Source of the DNA: Camelus dromedarius | Taxonomy: Eukaryota | DNA length: 64,000 nucleotides | Assembly: GCF_036321535.1 (NCBI RefSeq) | Contig: NC_087436.1 | Coordinates: 42,472,001-42,536,000 of the forward strand | Direction: 5' to 3' | Shown: piece by piece, positions 51,062 to 64,000 of the stretch | Numbering within the stretch: position 1 is the stretch's first letter | How the letters are laid out: each line of letters opens with the position of its first letter | Made by a program: the position numbers and the translations under genes | Notes under the pieces: generated by a model | The model's input: the letters and a program-made list of their open reading frames with translations, nothing else | Databases searched by the model: none | Told to the model about the DNA's origin: nothing

Positions 51062-52373
51062 TCAGTACTTTTTCTAACTGGATGACTCACATCACAGGGA
51101 TAACTACCAACAGGGTACATGAAAATGAGACAGTTATCCTTCTGGGAAGCTCTCCAAAGAAAGTGACAGTGGAGAACACCAGAGCCATCTGAGGACCACC
51201 TGGTCTACTGATGATGTTCCTTTAAACACTGGTCTCAGATGACAACCTCATAGCTACGTTTTCAGGAGGGAGGCAAATTAATGTTTGACTTCCTCATCGG
51301 GTCAGTTCTAGAGACACATCTGATGCCCTTGGAAAGAAAATGCTGTTTACAATTGTTTACCCTACATTAGCTGGCAGAGCACAGGTTGACAGTACCTCCA
51401 GTGTGGCCTCATAGCCAGCTGATAGATCTTAGGGTTCCCAGTGAAGTTCCAGTAACTAAGTTCAATTCTTTTTTTTTTTTTTTTGTAGCTATGATGTAAG
51501 GGCAGCCAGTCCAGTCATTTTCCCTTCACCACCAGCTGAGTGGAATTTGTTTGCCACACATAATGACTGAGCAGCAGATTCAAGAATGGGGCTGGAGCAG
51601 ACATCCACTGGTGGTTATAGATGTTTTGCATAGAAGGTACAGAAATTGGACCGTCCTCTGCTATTTCTAATAAGCTTCTTAGTAAGATTGAAGGGAATTA
51701 ATCTTATGATCAAATTACAGTCAGAGCTGTCTAGCAGAGGATAGCAGACCCACCAGTAAGTTAAATATTATTGCAACCATTTGGGAGAGACATACCAGGT
51801 CATTTCTCTTTTGTAAGAAAGACTCTAGGACCAGCTCCAAAAGAGAAATGAAAATTAGTGTCTGTCCTCTCCTGTACCATCCATTTCCAGGTGCCAAAAT
51901 TATTGTTCTCCTTCCACTGGCATAAAAGCAATGTGTTCTGCCCCACTAGCTATAACTTTACCTTTCTCCAATCATTCCCCAATCATATCTAGACTTTTCA
52001 TCTACAAGAGTTAGCCCAAGAGGGACAAGAGCATTTCTACAGAACTTAGAGAGACCCATTATATGCCCTGCTTTGGTCTTCATGAGGCTCTGGAGAAGAA
52101 CTCAGCCAACACGTGTACTCAACCAAGCAGTCATTCTTACTATGACCGAGGACCATGTCATTCCCACACGAGAATGTAAATAGCTGAACCAGCATTAAGT
52201 TTGAAGACACTAGCTCCCCTTTTGGCTAAGCTACATCTGGAAAATGTACAATTCAGACCAACCTGGGGTTGCAGTCAAGGGAAAGAAAGAGGTATCATGT
52301 CCAGGAAAGGTCACGTTGGAATCCTAAGTTTTCAAAATTGTTTTATAGAACCACCACCCTTAATCATGTCTCA

Positions 52374-52828
52374 ATGTAATAGTTTCCTTAGGCTGCCATA
52401 CCAAATGATCACAAACTCAGTGGTTTAAAACAGAAGAAATATGTTCTTTCACAGTTCTGGAGACTAAAAGTCTAGAATCAAGATGTCAACAGGGTCATGC
52501 TCCCTCTGAAGGACCTAGGGAAAAGTCCTTAGCTTGCCTCTTCCAGTTTTTGTTGGCTCCTAGTATTCCCTGGCTTGTGGCAACACAACTCCAATTTCTG
52601 TGTCCAAATTTACATGGCCCTCTTCCCTGTGTGTCTCTCTGTGTCCAAATCTACCTCTCCTTCCTTTTATAAAGACACCAGACATTGAATTGAAGGCACA
52701 CTATAATCTAAGGATGACTTCATCTAAAGATCCACAATTATATCTGCAAAGACCCTTTTTTCTAATAAGTTCACATTCTGAGGTTCCAGACAGACATAAT
52801 GCTTAGGGGACACAATTCAACCAAGTAT
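52374..52828 (-). mobile_element. MLT1C-like LTR
   Basis: tgtaatagtttccttaggctgccataccaaatg...ggggacacaattcaacc. Confidence 0.8.
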
Positions 52829-54037
52829 GCCCAGGAAGCGTGCAAGAGAAGACAACACCTTTCTAGGGACAGCAACATTTGGTGACCAAACCGCCTTACA
52901 GATACGTGGACCAGGAGGAGGTGAGAGGTAAAAGCAGAATAGTTGAGTGAACTTTTTAAGAGGCAAGTCAAACAATACCACTTCAGCTTAACAATTGGTG
53001 AGCCAGGCCCATGCATTTAAGGGAAGCTCTGGTAACTGGGGGCTCCACTGAACCAACAACTTTGCTTCAACAGTCTGAGTAAGGATGAGTTTTTTTTCTA
53101 ATGAGATAATTGTCACTTTTTAACAAAAAGCTGAGGTGCACTGGAGCCAGGCCAGCTGTGTTCTTCGCTGTTCCATTTCTGTTTGACAAGAGAGGTGTAC
53201 TTGGCCCTCTCCATCTTATTAGTCAGGGTCTCATTTACCCAACACAAAATGAGGCTATCAGAGCAGAGAGTCACAAGGACTCCAGGAATTAGCCATTCAA
53301 TTTCTCTAAGACCATAGTAGCAGGCTAATGGCTGCATTTTGAAAGATTTCCTGGTAGCCGTATCATGGAGATGACAAACACAAAACCCAAAGGATGCCTC
53401 TGAATGAATGAGTCTTCATTCAGAGGTATCCTTTTGCCAGAGGCAAAATCACCAAAATAATTAGTCACAGAAACTTTTAGCTCAAAGGGATCAGTAGGTT
53501 GTGGAGCCCCAAAGTTACTAACATTTCTCTACATGCAGCTGTTAATGATTGGCAGACTCCTCTCTGGCACTTATCATAGAGAGATACACAAGCATATAGC
53601 ACATTACTTACTACTATACATTTAGACAGAATCTAGTGTTGTAGAACATTGAGATGGGCTAACAAGACAAGTGTCATGAGATTACATTAACTTTCTATCA
53701 CTATTGTGGAACAAGTCCCATAAGGTCACATTCGTTTCCTATCACTACTTTGGAACTTGCCTAGACCCTAACAGTTGAATTTGGTTGCTCCTCCCAACAT
53801 GGAGCAGAGTAGGATGAGACTTGATTGCCTTTCTCCAACAAGTCTATAGGTTTGAGTCCCTCTCATTTCTGAAGCTTCCCGTTATAGTCAGACAAGTGCC
53901 TCTGAAACACTTAGGGACATGGAGACCTCTGATCATCTTTCTCCTTAGGTGGCTGGGTGTAGATAAAGGAGGAGGCAAGAAATCAGGGGATGTGGAGGGA
54001 AAAGGAAGCACCACACAAGTAAGCAAGACACATACAT

Positions 54038-54347
54038 AATCAGACCTTCATATCCACAATCTCCACATCCTCGGATCCAATACAGAGCAGATGGGAAAAA
54101 AAATTCCCAAAATTTCCAAAAAGCAAAACTTGAATTTGCTGCATGCTGGCAACTACTTACATAGCATTTACATTGTATTAAGTATGATAAATAATCCAGA
54201 GATGACTTAAATTATGTGGGAAGATGTGCATAGGTTATATGCAAATACTATACCATTTTACATAAGGGACTTGAGCATCCTTGGATTTTGGTATCCAAGA
54301 GAAGTCCTAGAAGCAATCCTCCTCTTGGATACCAAGGAATGACTATT
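54038..54347. mobile_element. MER2-type (TcMar-Tigger) element
   Basis: taggttatatgcaaatactataccattttacataagggacttgagcatcc. Confidence 0.8.
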
Positions 54348-55149
54348 TGTATTCAGTTCCAGGTAGTGGCTGCTCACAGATTCATCAAATTTCTAATGTT
54401 TTCATTCCACCCAAAGCCCTATATTGAACAGTAAAGTGATCATTACTGATTACCAGAGATTTCAGGATTGAGGACTCCCCGACTACGCAGCCACATCCAC
54501 TTTGCTTTCTGGCTATACCCTTTGGCTGTCTTGGGCTTGACTCAAACAATAGCAACTCTTATGAGTCCATCTTAAAACAGGGCTTTTGCTGCCACACTGT
54601 CAAGATAACCATTCTCAAGTTTTCACTCATTTTATCATATGGGATAAGGAAATTTTGTGGGGCAGCAGTCTGACCACAAGAATTTAACTCAATTATTTTG
54701 GATCAGGTGTCCGTTTTCCAGTGGTTCAATTTCTTCAGCTTTATAATACCAATCCAAGGGATTATACAATCCAAGGCAGTAAGAACCCAAATACTACTGA
54801 ATGTTTTATTTATGATTTCCCATGAGAGTTGACCTATCTCATAGAACTCTTACTGAGAACACAAAAAGTCCCTTACAGTAGCCACAACCTAGTGCAAAAA
54901 TAATTCTGATAACTTTTACTATTGTTTCTGAATGGCTCTAAATTTGGCATGATATACTTTCCACTGTGTCATAACACACCCTGCTCTTGCCATTCTTCCT
55001 TAATAAGCATTACATGCCTGCCCCTCATCTCCAGGTGAATTACCCTAAGTTATAATGATTTGTCAGCCTTCTGACAATAAACATCATGAATTTCCCTCCT
55101 GTTGCATTCAGTGTAGGTTCATGATGATTAACTTGTCTGAAAAGGGGGC

Positions 55150-55561
55150 TGTATTTGTCAGGGTTCTCCAAAGAAACAGATATATATATATAGAAAGAGA
55201 GAGAGAGAGATTTATTTTAAAGAATTGGCTTACATGATTATGGGGGATAGCAAGTCTGAAACTTGCAGTGCAGGTCAGCAGACTAGAGAACTAGGAAAGA
55301 GATGATGTTGCAGTCTTGAATCCAAAAGCATCTGGAGACCAAATTTTTTCTTCCCTGGGGGTTGTCAGTCTTTTCCTTTAAGGCCTTCAACTGATTGGAT
55401 GAGGCCCACTCATATTATAGAGGGTAATCTGCTTTACTCAAAGCCTACTGATATAAATGTTAATTACATCTGAAAAAATACCTTCACAACAACATCTGGT
55501 AGTTGACCCAAAACTGGATACCATGGCCTAGCTTGGTTGACATATAAAATTAACCATCATA
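55150..55561 (-). mobile_element. MLT2-type solo LTR
   Basis: tgtatttgtcagggttctcca...aagaattggct...tataaaattaaccatca with an internal (TA)n(GA)n tract. Confidence 0.85.
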
Positions 55562-57416
55562 GAGGTAAAACCTTCTGGCTACTCATGAAGAATCTTTGAA
55601 CTAGTGGTTACAATAGAGTAACACTAAGACTGTCCACCATATTGATATAGAAATCTTCCCACCCAGAGGGAACACCCAAGATGCGATCTAGCCTGCAGTC
55701 AATTTCCCCAGTTCCTCATTATTAATAGCCAATAAGTTAGGGGATCATTTATTGCCCAGTTGACCATTCAGCACTCACAAGACATGCAGGAAATGCAGCA
55801 GATCCATAGCAAGTTAGATGGATATCAAGCACCAACATGTACTTTACTTCTTCCCAAAGGTGAACTGTCTTTTTTTATTGCTTCTTTGTAAAGTAGATAT
55901 ATTCATAAGTCTTCTTGAGAAAGAGCTCCCATCATGGGCCAAAATGATAATTCTCTCCCAATGTGTGTAGAGTATGCTAAGGATATGTGTGTAGTATAAT
56001 GAGCTGAACTGGAAACTGATTTTTTAAAATTAGATAATATGAATCAAAAACAAGGGACTGAAACTCAAGCACAGGGGAGGAAAGGAACATGTGAGATTAT
56101 CGAGCAAACAATAAGCATTATAACTTTGTGAGGTAGTAAAGATCTGGACCCAAATGTAGCAGAAATTACACAATTTAAGTCATGATACAGAGGATGGGAA
56201 GAGAAATCTAGCAAACATATGAGGAAAAAACATGTACTTATTAGTTATTTGAAAGAAAGATTGATTTTTTTCTTTTAAAAGATAAAGCTTGCTTTCTAAA
56301 GCTAAGTGACACTTGATCTCTGAATTTGGTTGTAATAAGACAGTTTATGAAATACTTCAGCAGCTCAATTCTAGCTTGAGTTTCATATTACTATTTTAAA
56401 ATTGAATACATCTGCTGAAACAATAAATAAATGAGATATCAAAATATCCTTTCTTGTTCTACTGAAGTTTCTTTTTAAACACACACACATGCACATTCAC
56501 ACTTTACGTTCTTGGAACAATTTACAATATTGAGAATATAAATATTAAATATAAAATATTAACAAATATTAATAATACATTGGAAGAGGATTATCTTTTT
56601 TTTTTTTTGATCATTCCTTCCAACCTTAAAAGACAGACATAGCACATACTATTTTTCTGAGATAAGGAAACTGAGAACCAGAGTTGCTAACCAGGTCTAA
56701 TTTCCCTGACAGTTAATCCAAACACTATACCATGATTCTGGAATATCAGTTTATAATATCACCAGTTTCTGGGTAGAACTTACTAAACATTAATATATAC
56801 ATAAAATGATCACACCACTGATCATATATGGATACACGATTATTGCATTAGCCCCATGACAGCTGTGTGAAACATACAAGGACTGTTGAAAACCTGTTTT
56901 ATGTTAGTGCTTTATGGATCATGAAAATACAAACACAAATATAGTTTAAAGAATGAATACCTCATAGCAATTTCACCAGCTCATATGTGAAACAATTTTT
57001 GGAGTTAAACATCTACTTTCATATTATGTGAACTAGTAAACATTTTTGCCATAAATTATAAAGTACAATTTTCTCAAGAATTTCAAAATGAGTCTTTTGA
57101 GTACATATTTTTGAGATTTTTATAATGCACACAAACATTAAATCATCTGTGATGTAATTTTTTTAAATTCCATGCTTAAAACATTTATTTTCAATTGTTA
57201 TTTCACTACCCATGCTTCTCAAGACTGTTTTGTGTCAACTCTGCTTGTTTGGGTAAAAATCTAAAAAAAAATTACAAATGTTAAATTAAGCTGAATTTAT
57301 TTTTTAAATTCATTTCACTATTGCCTTAAAGAGGTAATTTTGTCTCCTAAATTCATTACTGATACTGATGCCACCATACTTTCTTTAAAGCTTTTAAACA
57401 TTGAATGGTCAATAAT

Positions 57417-57468
57417 CACACACACATACATACATAAACACATACACACACACACACACATACACACA
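57417..57468. repeat. (CA)n-type microsatellite
   Basis: Imperfect CA/TA repeats. Confidence 0.85.
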
Positions 57469-57589
57469 TCCCCCACACCTAAGTCAAGTAATGAGTCTTC
57501 AATGGCCAGAACCTACCCATTAATTCTTTTTTCAAAAAGGAACTACTTGTTGTCTCTGGAACCTGCCTCACAGCCCCATCCTCTTTGCA

Positions 57590-58790
57590 CATGTCATGTT
57601 CTTCTTTTGCAGTATGTCCTATCCCTGCCTTTGAACAGCAGCTTCTGTAACCTGCACTTTGAAAGGTTGGAAATGACTTCTATGTTTGTCATTTCAGTAG
57701 TCATTTCTCAGTCCTCACCTTATATGATTCATTAGAACTACTCAGCCAGTTGATTTCTCCTTCCTCCTTGAAATACCTTCTCTTGTCTTCTGAGACAGCT
57801 CATTCCACTGGTTCTCTTCCCATCACAATGATTGCTTTCCCCCACTCTCTCTTGCTGGTTTCTCCTCATCTAAGTGTCCTAGGGCTTAGTCTGAACCTCT
57901 TCTCTATTTGCCCTCACTCCTCAGTGATCTTATCCAGCCTGATGGTTTTATACATCACATACACACTGACTTTTACATTCATATCCCAAGTCTAGTTTTA
58001 TTACCTAAATACCAGAATTTTTTATGAAACTGCCTACTCTCCCCTCTACTTGGTTATCTATTACTTTTTACTTAAATATCAAATAGATTTCTCAAATTTG
58101 GCATGCCCTAAATCGATCTACTCATTAAAAACCACTGTGCCAACATTTTTCTCAACTTAGTAAATGAAAATTCTACCATTCCAATTTCTCAGGCCATCAT
58201 CCTTAAGGTCATTCTTGACTCCTCTCAGTCTCTCACATCCTACATTTATTTCATTGGCAAATTTTATCCATATGTTCCTCTGTTAACACTTGGTTCCAAG
58301 ACACCATTCTTTCTGTCTCTCTCTCTCACCTAGAATAGTAAATACTCTACTAAATCATGTCCCTGTTCACTTCTCTCCTTCAATACCTCCTCTTATTCAT
58401 AGAAAAAGTTGCAATTCTAGAAACTGTCTCCCAGGCCTTATGTGATTTGGTCCCCCATCTCTGTGACTGCATGTACTACAATCCCACTGGTTTCACCCTG
58501 AGCTATCCTTAAGGAACTAAACTGAACCTCAGACTGAGGAATGAAATTTCAATAATCAGATATGGAGCCATGGATGGAGAGAGGTGGCTATTTTAAATAG
58601 GTATTCTCGTTGAAAGGAAGTCATTTGAGTAGACAGCCAAGAGAGGTGTGGGAGTAAGCAATGTGGTCCTCTGGGAGAAGAGTGTTTCTACCAAGTGAAC
58701 AGTAAGTGTACAGGTCCTGGGGCAGCAACATGCTTGGCAGGTTGGAGGAACAGAAAGAGGCCTAAGGTCGAAATGTCAACCAAGGGAAGG
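57590..58790. mobile_element. L2 fragments
   Basis: ttctcagtcctcacctt...gtcattcttgactcctct; oppositely oriented piece ~58560-58790. Confidence 0.7.
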
Positions 58791-59117
58791 TGACTGTATT
58801 TAACAGCCCAAGTGAAAAGTTTTGAAGGCTCTATCTGCTTTGCTGACAGTAAGAGATGAAAAGAGGAGATAGCTAAGAAATCACTGCACTTACAAATGTT
58901 TATTAGCTCCTCTAGGCAAAGCATTTTCCTAGACACAAGAAATAATATTAGACCAAAATGGTGCCTGCTTTCACAAAATAGCGCCTGCTTCATAAGACAC
59001 ACAAATCTGTCTTGTAGAGAAAACAGATGTTAAACAACAGGATTTGGCAACTGTTTTGAGAGTGTGGAGTAACAAAGAGAGATGATTTCAAAAGGAGAGT
59101 TGAACCTGGGTAATGGT

Positions 59118-59457
59118 TGTAAAAAATAAACAGAAACCTCAGTTAACTAGGGTCAGGAGACGAGAAGGAAGAATTCTCATACCCTGTAAGGATAACAGAG
59201 TCCAACAGGAAAAAAAAAAAAATAGACTCCTCTTCTTTCCTGGCAAGGACTTAGCCAATGAGAAGCCTTAGACTCTTTGCTTCCTATAGCCCTCTCAAGT
59301 CTCTTTTCCCTTTATAGTGTTTTCCTTCCCTTGCCATGTGGGGACTTGCATGTATCTCACCATGGCTGCAGACTCCAAACTACAATTCTCTGCTGATCCC
59401 GAATAAACCCATTTTTGCTGAAGAAATATCTGGTGGTCCATTTGTTTTAGGCCAATG
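59118..59457 (+). mobile_element. ERV1-type solo LTR
   Basis: TG start, CCAAT, AATAAA at 59402, and a 4-bp TSD tggt (59114-59117 and 59458-59461). Confidence 0.75.
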
Positions 59458-59609
59458 TGGTTCATGAACACAGTTGTATATGAATTAAAACTTACATGGA
59501 ATTCTTATGAAAGTTCTTAGCAACTTCCTTAGAGCTCTTCAACAGCGATCCTACTGAGAGGGTTCCTAATCAGACATGTAAAAAAGACAATACGTTCAGT
59601 TTAAAAAAA

Positions 59610-59800
59610 GACAGCAGAGCACAGTGGGATCACAGACATCTAGGCCTGGTTAGTATCCCATCTCTGCAAGCCACTCTCTGTAAGCTTCAATTTCCTCATC
59701 TGAAAGAAGGGGATAATGCATTGCACATTAATTGCAGGGTTATTGTGAGGCTTTAGGTTAAAAAACTTCACATGGCATCTGTTATAGAAAGCATTCAGTA
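59610..59800. mobile_element. MIR-family SINE
   Basis: gcttcaatttcctcatctgaaagaaggggataat...gggttattgtgagg. Confidence 0.65.
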
Positions 59801-62800
59801 TTTACATAGCAACTAATAAATATAGACAGACAAAATCTTGAAGATGTCTAAGAAAACACCTACCTCGGAGGAGTGAGCTCTCATAATATATTACTTCTTA
59901 TCAAAAAATTATGTAATAACCTAGTGAATCAACATTTGCATAAGGCTTTGCTTCACTGTTAATGTAACATAATAAAAACTAAATAATAGTTGCTCTTTCA
60001 GTGTATTTATTTGCAAAATTCTTATTGCAATATTCTTCTTTAATCTCATGTAAAAATGCAGAGGAGAGATTTTACTATATATTCTAGAATCTCTGGATAA
60101 TTTAAGTGGGATAAAGTTCAGTGCTGAGAAACAGATCTGTGACAGCCAGCATTTCCCATCACTGTGCCTATATCATGACCTCCACACTCAAAAGTATCAA
60201 TAGCACTACGGCATGATGTGCAGTTTTATAGAATGATGTGCAGTAACAGCCTTTATTTTTTATATTTTAAAATTTCATTATGAGTCAGAGAAGAACACTA
60301 TCATCATGTTAGGAAATATTTACCAGGATAAAAACATCACCATTGTGAGCACAGACAGTTGAACCATATAGTCATCATCTTCTGAGAGCAAAATACTAAC
60401 ATCAGGTAACTGAATGACATAAAAATACAAGGAGCAGGTGATAATATGAGTCCTGGCCAGACAGCAATCACAAATCTACTTAAGTTAAATGAAGATATTT
60501 TGATTAAGAAATCTAAAGGTTATAAATTTTAGGTCAAGATAATGGACTTCTTCCCTCTTGAGAGAATATTATATGGCAGGAAACTAATTTTCAAAGAGGA
60601 AACAACTCCTAATAATAAAAAGAATAGAAGATGAGTGCTGGAGTTATCAACAAATAAGTTATGGTAACCCATTTCTGTAATTCTGTAATGGGGAAGAGGC
60701 CATAGTCCAGAGAAATGCACTTAGAGCTCCTGCTACAATTGTTGATTTGTCAAATTCCTCACAGTATGTAAACTTCGAAATTATAAGGCATGTAGATAAA
60801 TGTCTTTCATATTTTCTTGATACTTGTTATTTTTTCAATACAGAAAATCCCTCCTCTTCTTTCAGGGTTTTCCTTTTCCTTTTCCTTTGCAATCATAGTT
60901 TAATTTTTTGGCAAAATATAGAATTCTAGGTAAAATTTTTGAGGGCATCCTGTACTAATCTGACTTTCGTTTTTTGTGGGTTATCTATGTTTCTCTCATT
61001 ATTTTTAGGATTATCTATTTAGGTTTAGAATTCTGAAACTTCACCAGGATATCTTTGTACGTGGGTCTTGTCATTAACCCTGCCTGACACGAGTCAAGCA
61101 TTTTTAAACCAAAAATGTAAGTCTCTTTTCAAGTCTGGGATATTTTTGTCTATATTTATTTGAAAACTTTCCTTCTTTCATTTTGTTTTCATTTTCTTAT
61201 TTTGAAGCCCCTCTAGATTGGGACACTCTGAATAACTATTGTATTCTTTATAGTCAATATTCTCTAATACAAACAGATTTATTTTTATACAATACATTGT
61301 TTAAGTAAATCAGAAATTATGTTTTTGTATTATATTCTATTTTGAAAGTTAAAATACAGATAGCAGCAGATAGGAGCTAAAAATCTACTTTAAATTATCA
61401 GTGGGCACAGATCTAGAAGATAAAGCTTGCAACTCAGAAATTAAGGACTTTTTAGAGGACTTTTAGAGTTCCCTTAAACGCTTTTTTTACAATGTAAGCT
61501 TCTTAAAGGTAAGTGATTAACATGATTTTTTTTTTTTTTTTGGTTTGGTTTTAGGGTTTTTTGTGCTTTATTTTGGTATAATACCTTGCGCTAACTCATG
61601 TGATTTATTAAGAATTACTTCAGGAGAGACAAAAAGAAAAAAGAAAAATTACTTCAGCAAAGACAGATGATGTTTTAGGTCAAAGGACTATTGCTCCACG
61701 TGGCATGAGCATTCACGCTGCGTCTCCTGCCTCAATACAGAGGTTTGCTTGAAGCCTTTTTACTGAAAATCTACACTGACACCACTCCTTGATGTCAGTT
61801 TTATTCTGAGTCAGACAGTTCTTCCTGAAATTTGGCAGAACCCTTCCCCAAGTCCATTATTAATAAAGGAGAAAAAGGAATAGAGAGAGTAGAAAGTAGA
61901 CAAGAAGGATAAAGGAATGCCTGATATATTGTTAATATACCTTAAAGGCTTTGAACCAAGGTAGTATGAAAATGAGTTCTTAAAAGCTCAAAGCCAAGGA
62001 AGAAAGTTCCCCTCGACTTTTGGTTAACAAAACTCTCTTTGTTTGTCAGCCAGCTAACACCACTCTTAACTTTCTAAAATCTGGACATAACTTGAGGAGT
62101 GAACGTTCTGGGGAAAAAAAAAAAAGACTGTTACCACTGACTATTGTCCTCCGGAGCCCATCTCCTCAAGCATGGGGTGGAGCCATGGCTAATTCCAACA
62201 AATGAGCACATGATCATTGTACTACATAAAACAGTAAGTTCATCTATAAAAAGCTCTGGGCAGGACTGCAAAGATGCAGTTGCACTGACTGAAAAAGACA
62301 GTTACTATATTTTCCATCAAGTGCTGTAGAAGATACTGAAACTTAGTGAGCATTTCTGCAGTACATCATGAATGTAATGGGTTATATTAATGTAGCAGAG
62401 AAGAGGTAATGCTTGGCTAAATGAAAGACCAAGTGTTACACAATTTAATTTCATGAAAACATCTATGTGATATTTAATCTATTAAAAGTTACCTGTAAAA
62501 ATTATTCCAACAAAAAATTGTCTATTTTTGTGGTAATGTAGTTTTGTTCTGTTTTGTTTCTTTTACGATGTTACCATATAGGCAATTTTGGTTAAAGGTA
62601 CTTTTTTTCACAATGCCCTACCAAATATTATGCACAATTATTTAAATATTTTTTTCAAAGCAATACATAGTAGATGTTTGAAGGGGTACTGAGTTTATCA
62701 TTCATTTTAATAACAAAAGAAATTTCATGAAATTTAGTTTTAAACTGAAAAATATGTACTGTGCTCAGAATGCACAATATATTTTAAATATTGAAGTGTT

Positions 62801-64000
62801 TCTATTACTGAAGAGTAAATCTACTGACTTTATAATACCATGGGTATTTTAATACTTAAAATAATAGTTATGTTTACTCCAAATGCAGTTTCCATAGAAA
62901 CAGTACACTTATTAGACAAAGAAAGACCAGAACTGACTACTACACTGTGAGGTCCTTTCACCTCTGATTTCACTGAATTCACATATGTTGAAACACACTT
63001 CAAACATTTAATACATTTTGTTTTGAGATCATAAACCCTTGTATTTTCTTGACAATATATTTATACTATTTAAAATACACTTACTATGTTACAGACTTTT
63101 TAATACACATTTACACAAACACAAATATAGGAAGCAGGATAGACAGGGACAGACATAATAGGCATAATAATGATACACTTTTCAAGTCTATTAGGTACTC
63201 TCTAAGAATATGACACGTTTAGAAATTTATCAATGTAAAAATACAGTAGCTTTGTTCTGCATATTTGAAGAATTGAGTTTTTAAGTGATCGAGATATTTT
63301 TAAATGATATGCAATGTAGTGTTTCGGTGTACCACTTCTCAATCAATAGTACTGAATTCATCAGTGTTAAACTGGTGAAGGTAGAGATGTCTGTTTAATA
63401 TTTATGACCTGGGGTAGGGGGAAGTAGGGGAAGACATATGAAGGTGGTGTGATTAAAAAAAAAGTACTCTGAGTCACCTGGAAAGAGTTAAGCTAGAGTG
63501 AAATCAAGCTATCTGTCAAACTTTAGAATATATAGTGTTTATAAATATTCAGATTTATTTATCTTCATTCACCCACTAGTTCAAGTCTCTAGTTCAAGAA
63601 AAGCTCAGATTATCAGTTTTTCACAGCTGGAACTACCCTTCCTTTTTGGCCTAATGTACCTGAATGAATAAGTGCCCTGCATTGGAAACAAAGCACTAAA
63701 ATAAACAGAAATAGTGATGTAATTTGTTTTCTGTCCTCAATACCAATACTTATTAGGAAATGATTCAGTAGACAAAAGAAACCTTTCTTTAAATTTTTAA
63801 TTCAATATTGGTTTGGGGGTGAGTTTAAAAAGTGGATGTATTTGATAAAAAGAAAACAAAGTCAAGTTTTTAAAGTGTGGCAATGTGTAGTTTTTCAGTT
63901 TCCCTAAGGTTAGGACAAATGGCAAAGTATTTAAACTTAAGAGAATAGGTTCAGAATAGGCATTAGAATCAATGTCTTGGTTGTTGAACAGCAAATGAAG

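Larger units (their letters stand above)
49353..55960 (-). mobile_element. Decayed ERVL-like (class III) provirus: pol and env remnants, 3' LTR 49353-49801
   Basis: RT-like (QFTF.. near 55860), RNase H DG.. near 54570, env TM-like pieces, and a purine-rich tract before the LTR TG at 49801. Interrupted by Tigger1, L1, MLT1, MER2 and MLT2. Confidence 0.65.

Overview
AT-rich mammalian intergenic or intronic DNA made mostly of transposon debris (L1 of several ages, L2, MIR, MaLR/ERVL/ERV1 LTRs, Tigger-type DNA elements). The young L1 ends look cetartiodactyl, and I saw no ruminant or pig SINEs, so a camelid is a plausible but unproven source. I recognise no intact host protein-coding gene. The main finding is a ~1.5 kb non-repeat insertion (1519-3023, minus strand) flanked by a decayed target-site duplication (TSD). 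Its broken translation matches, collinearly, bornavirus glycoprotein G, then matrix M, then the N-terminus of polymerase L. This is an endogenous bornavirus-like element in the G-M-L order of carbo-/culterviruses. The window also holds four TSD-flanked L1s with 5'UTR joined to the 3' end, two probable 3' transductions, an internally primed ORF2 fragment with an 84-bp duplication, a twice-used target site, and a decayed env-bearing ERVL-like provirus. All protein and repeat comparisons were made by eye against recalled sequences; no search was run.
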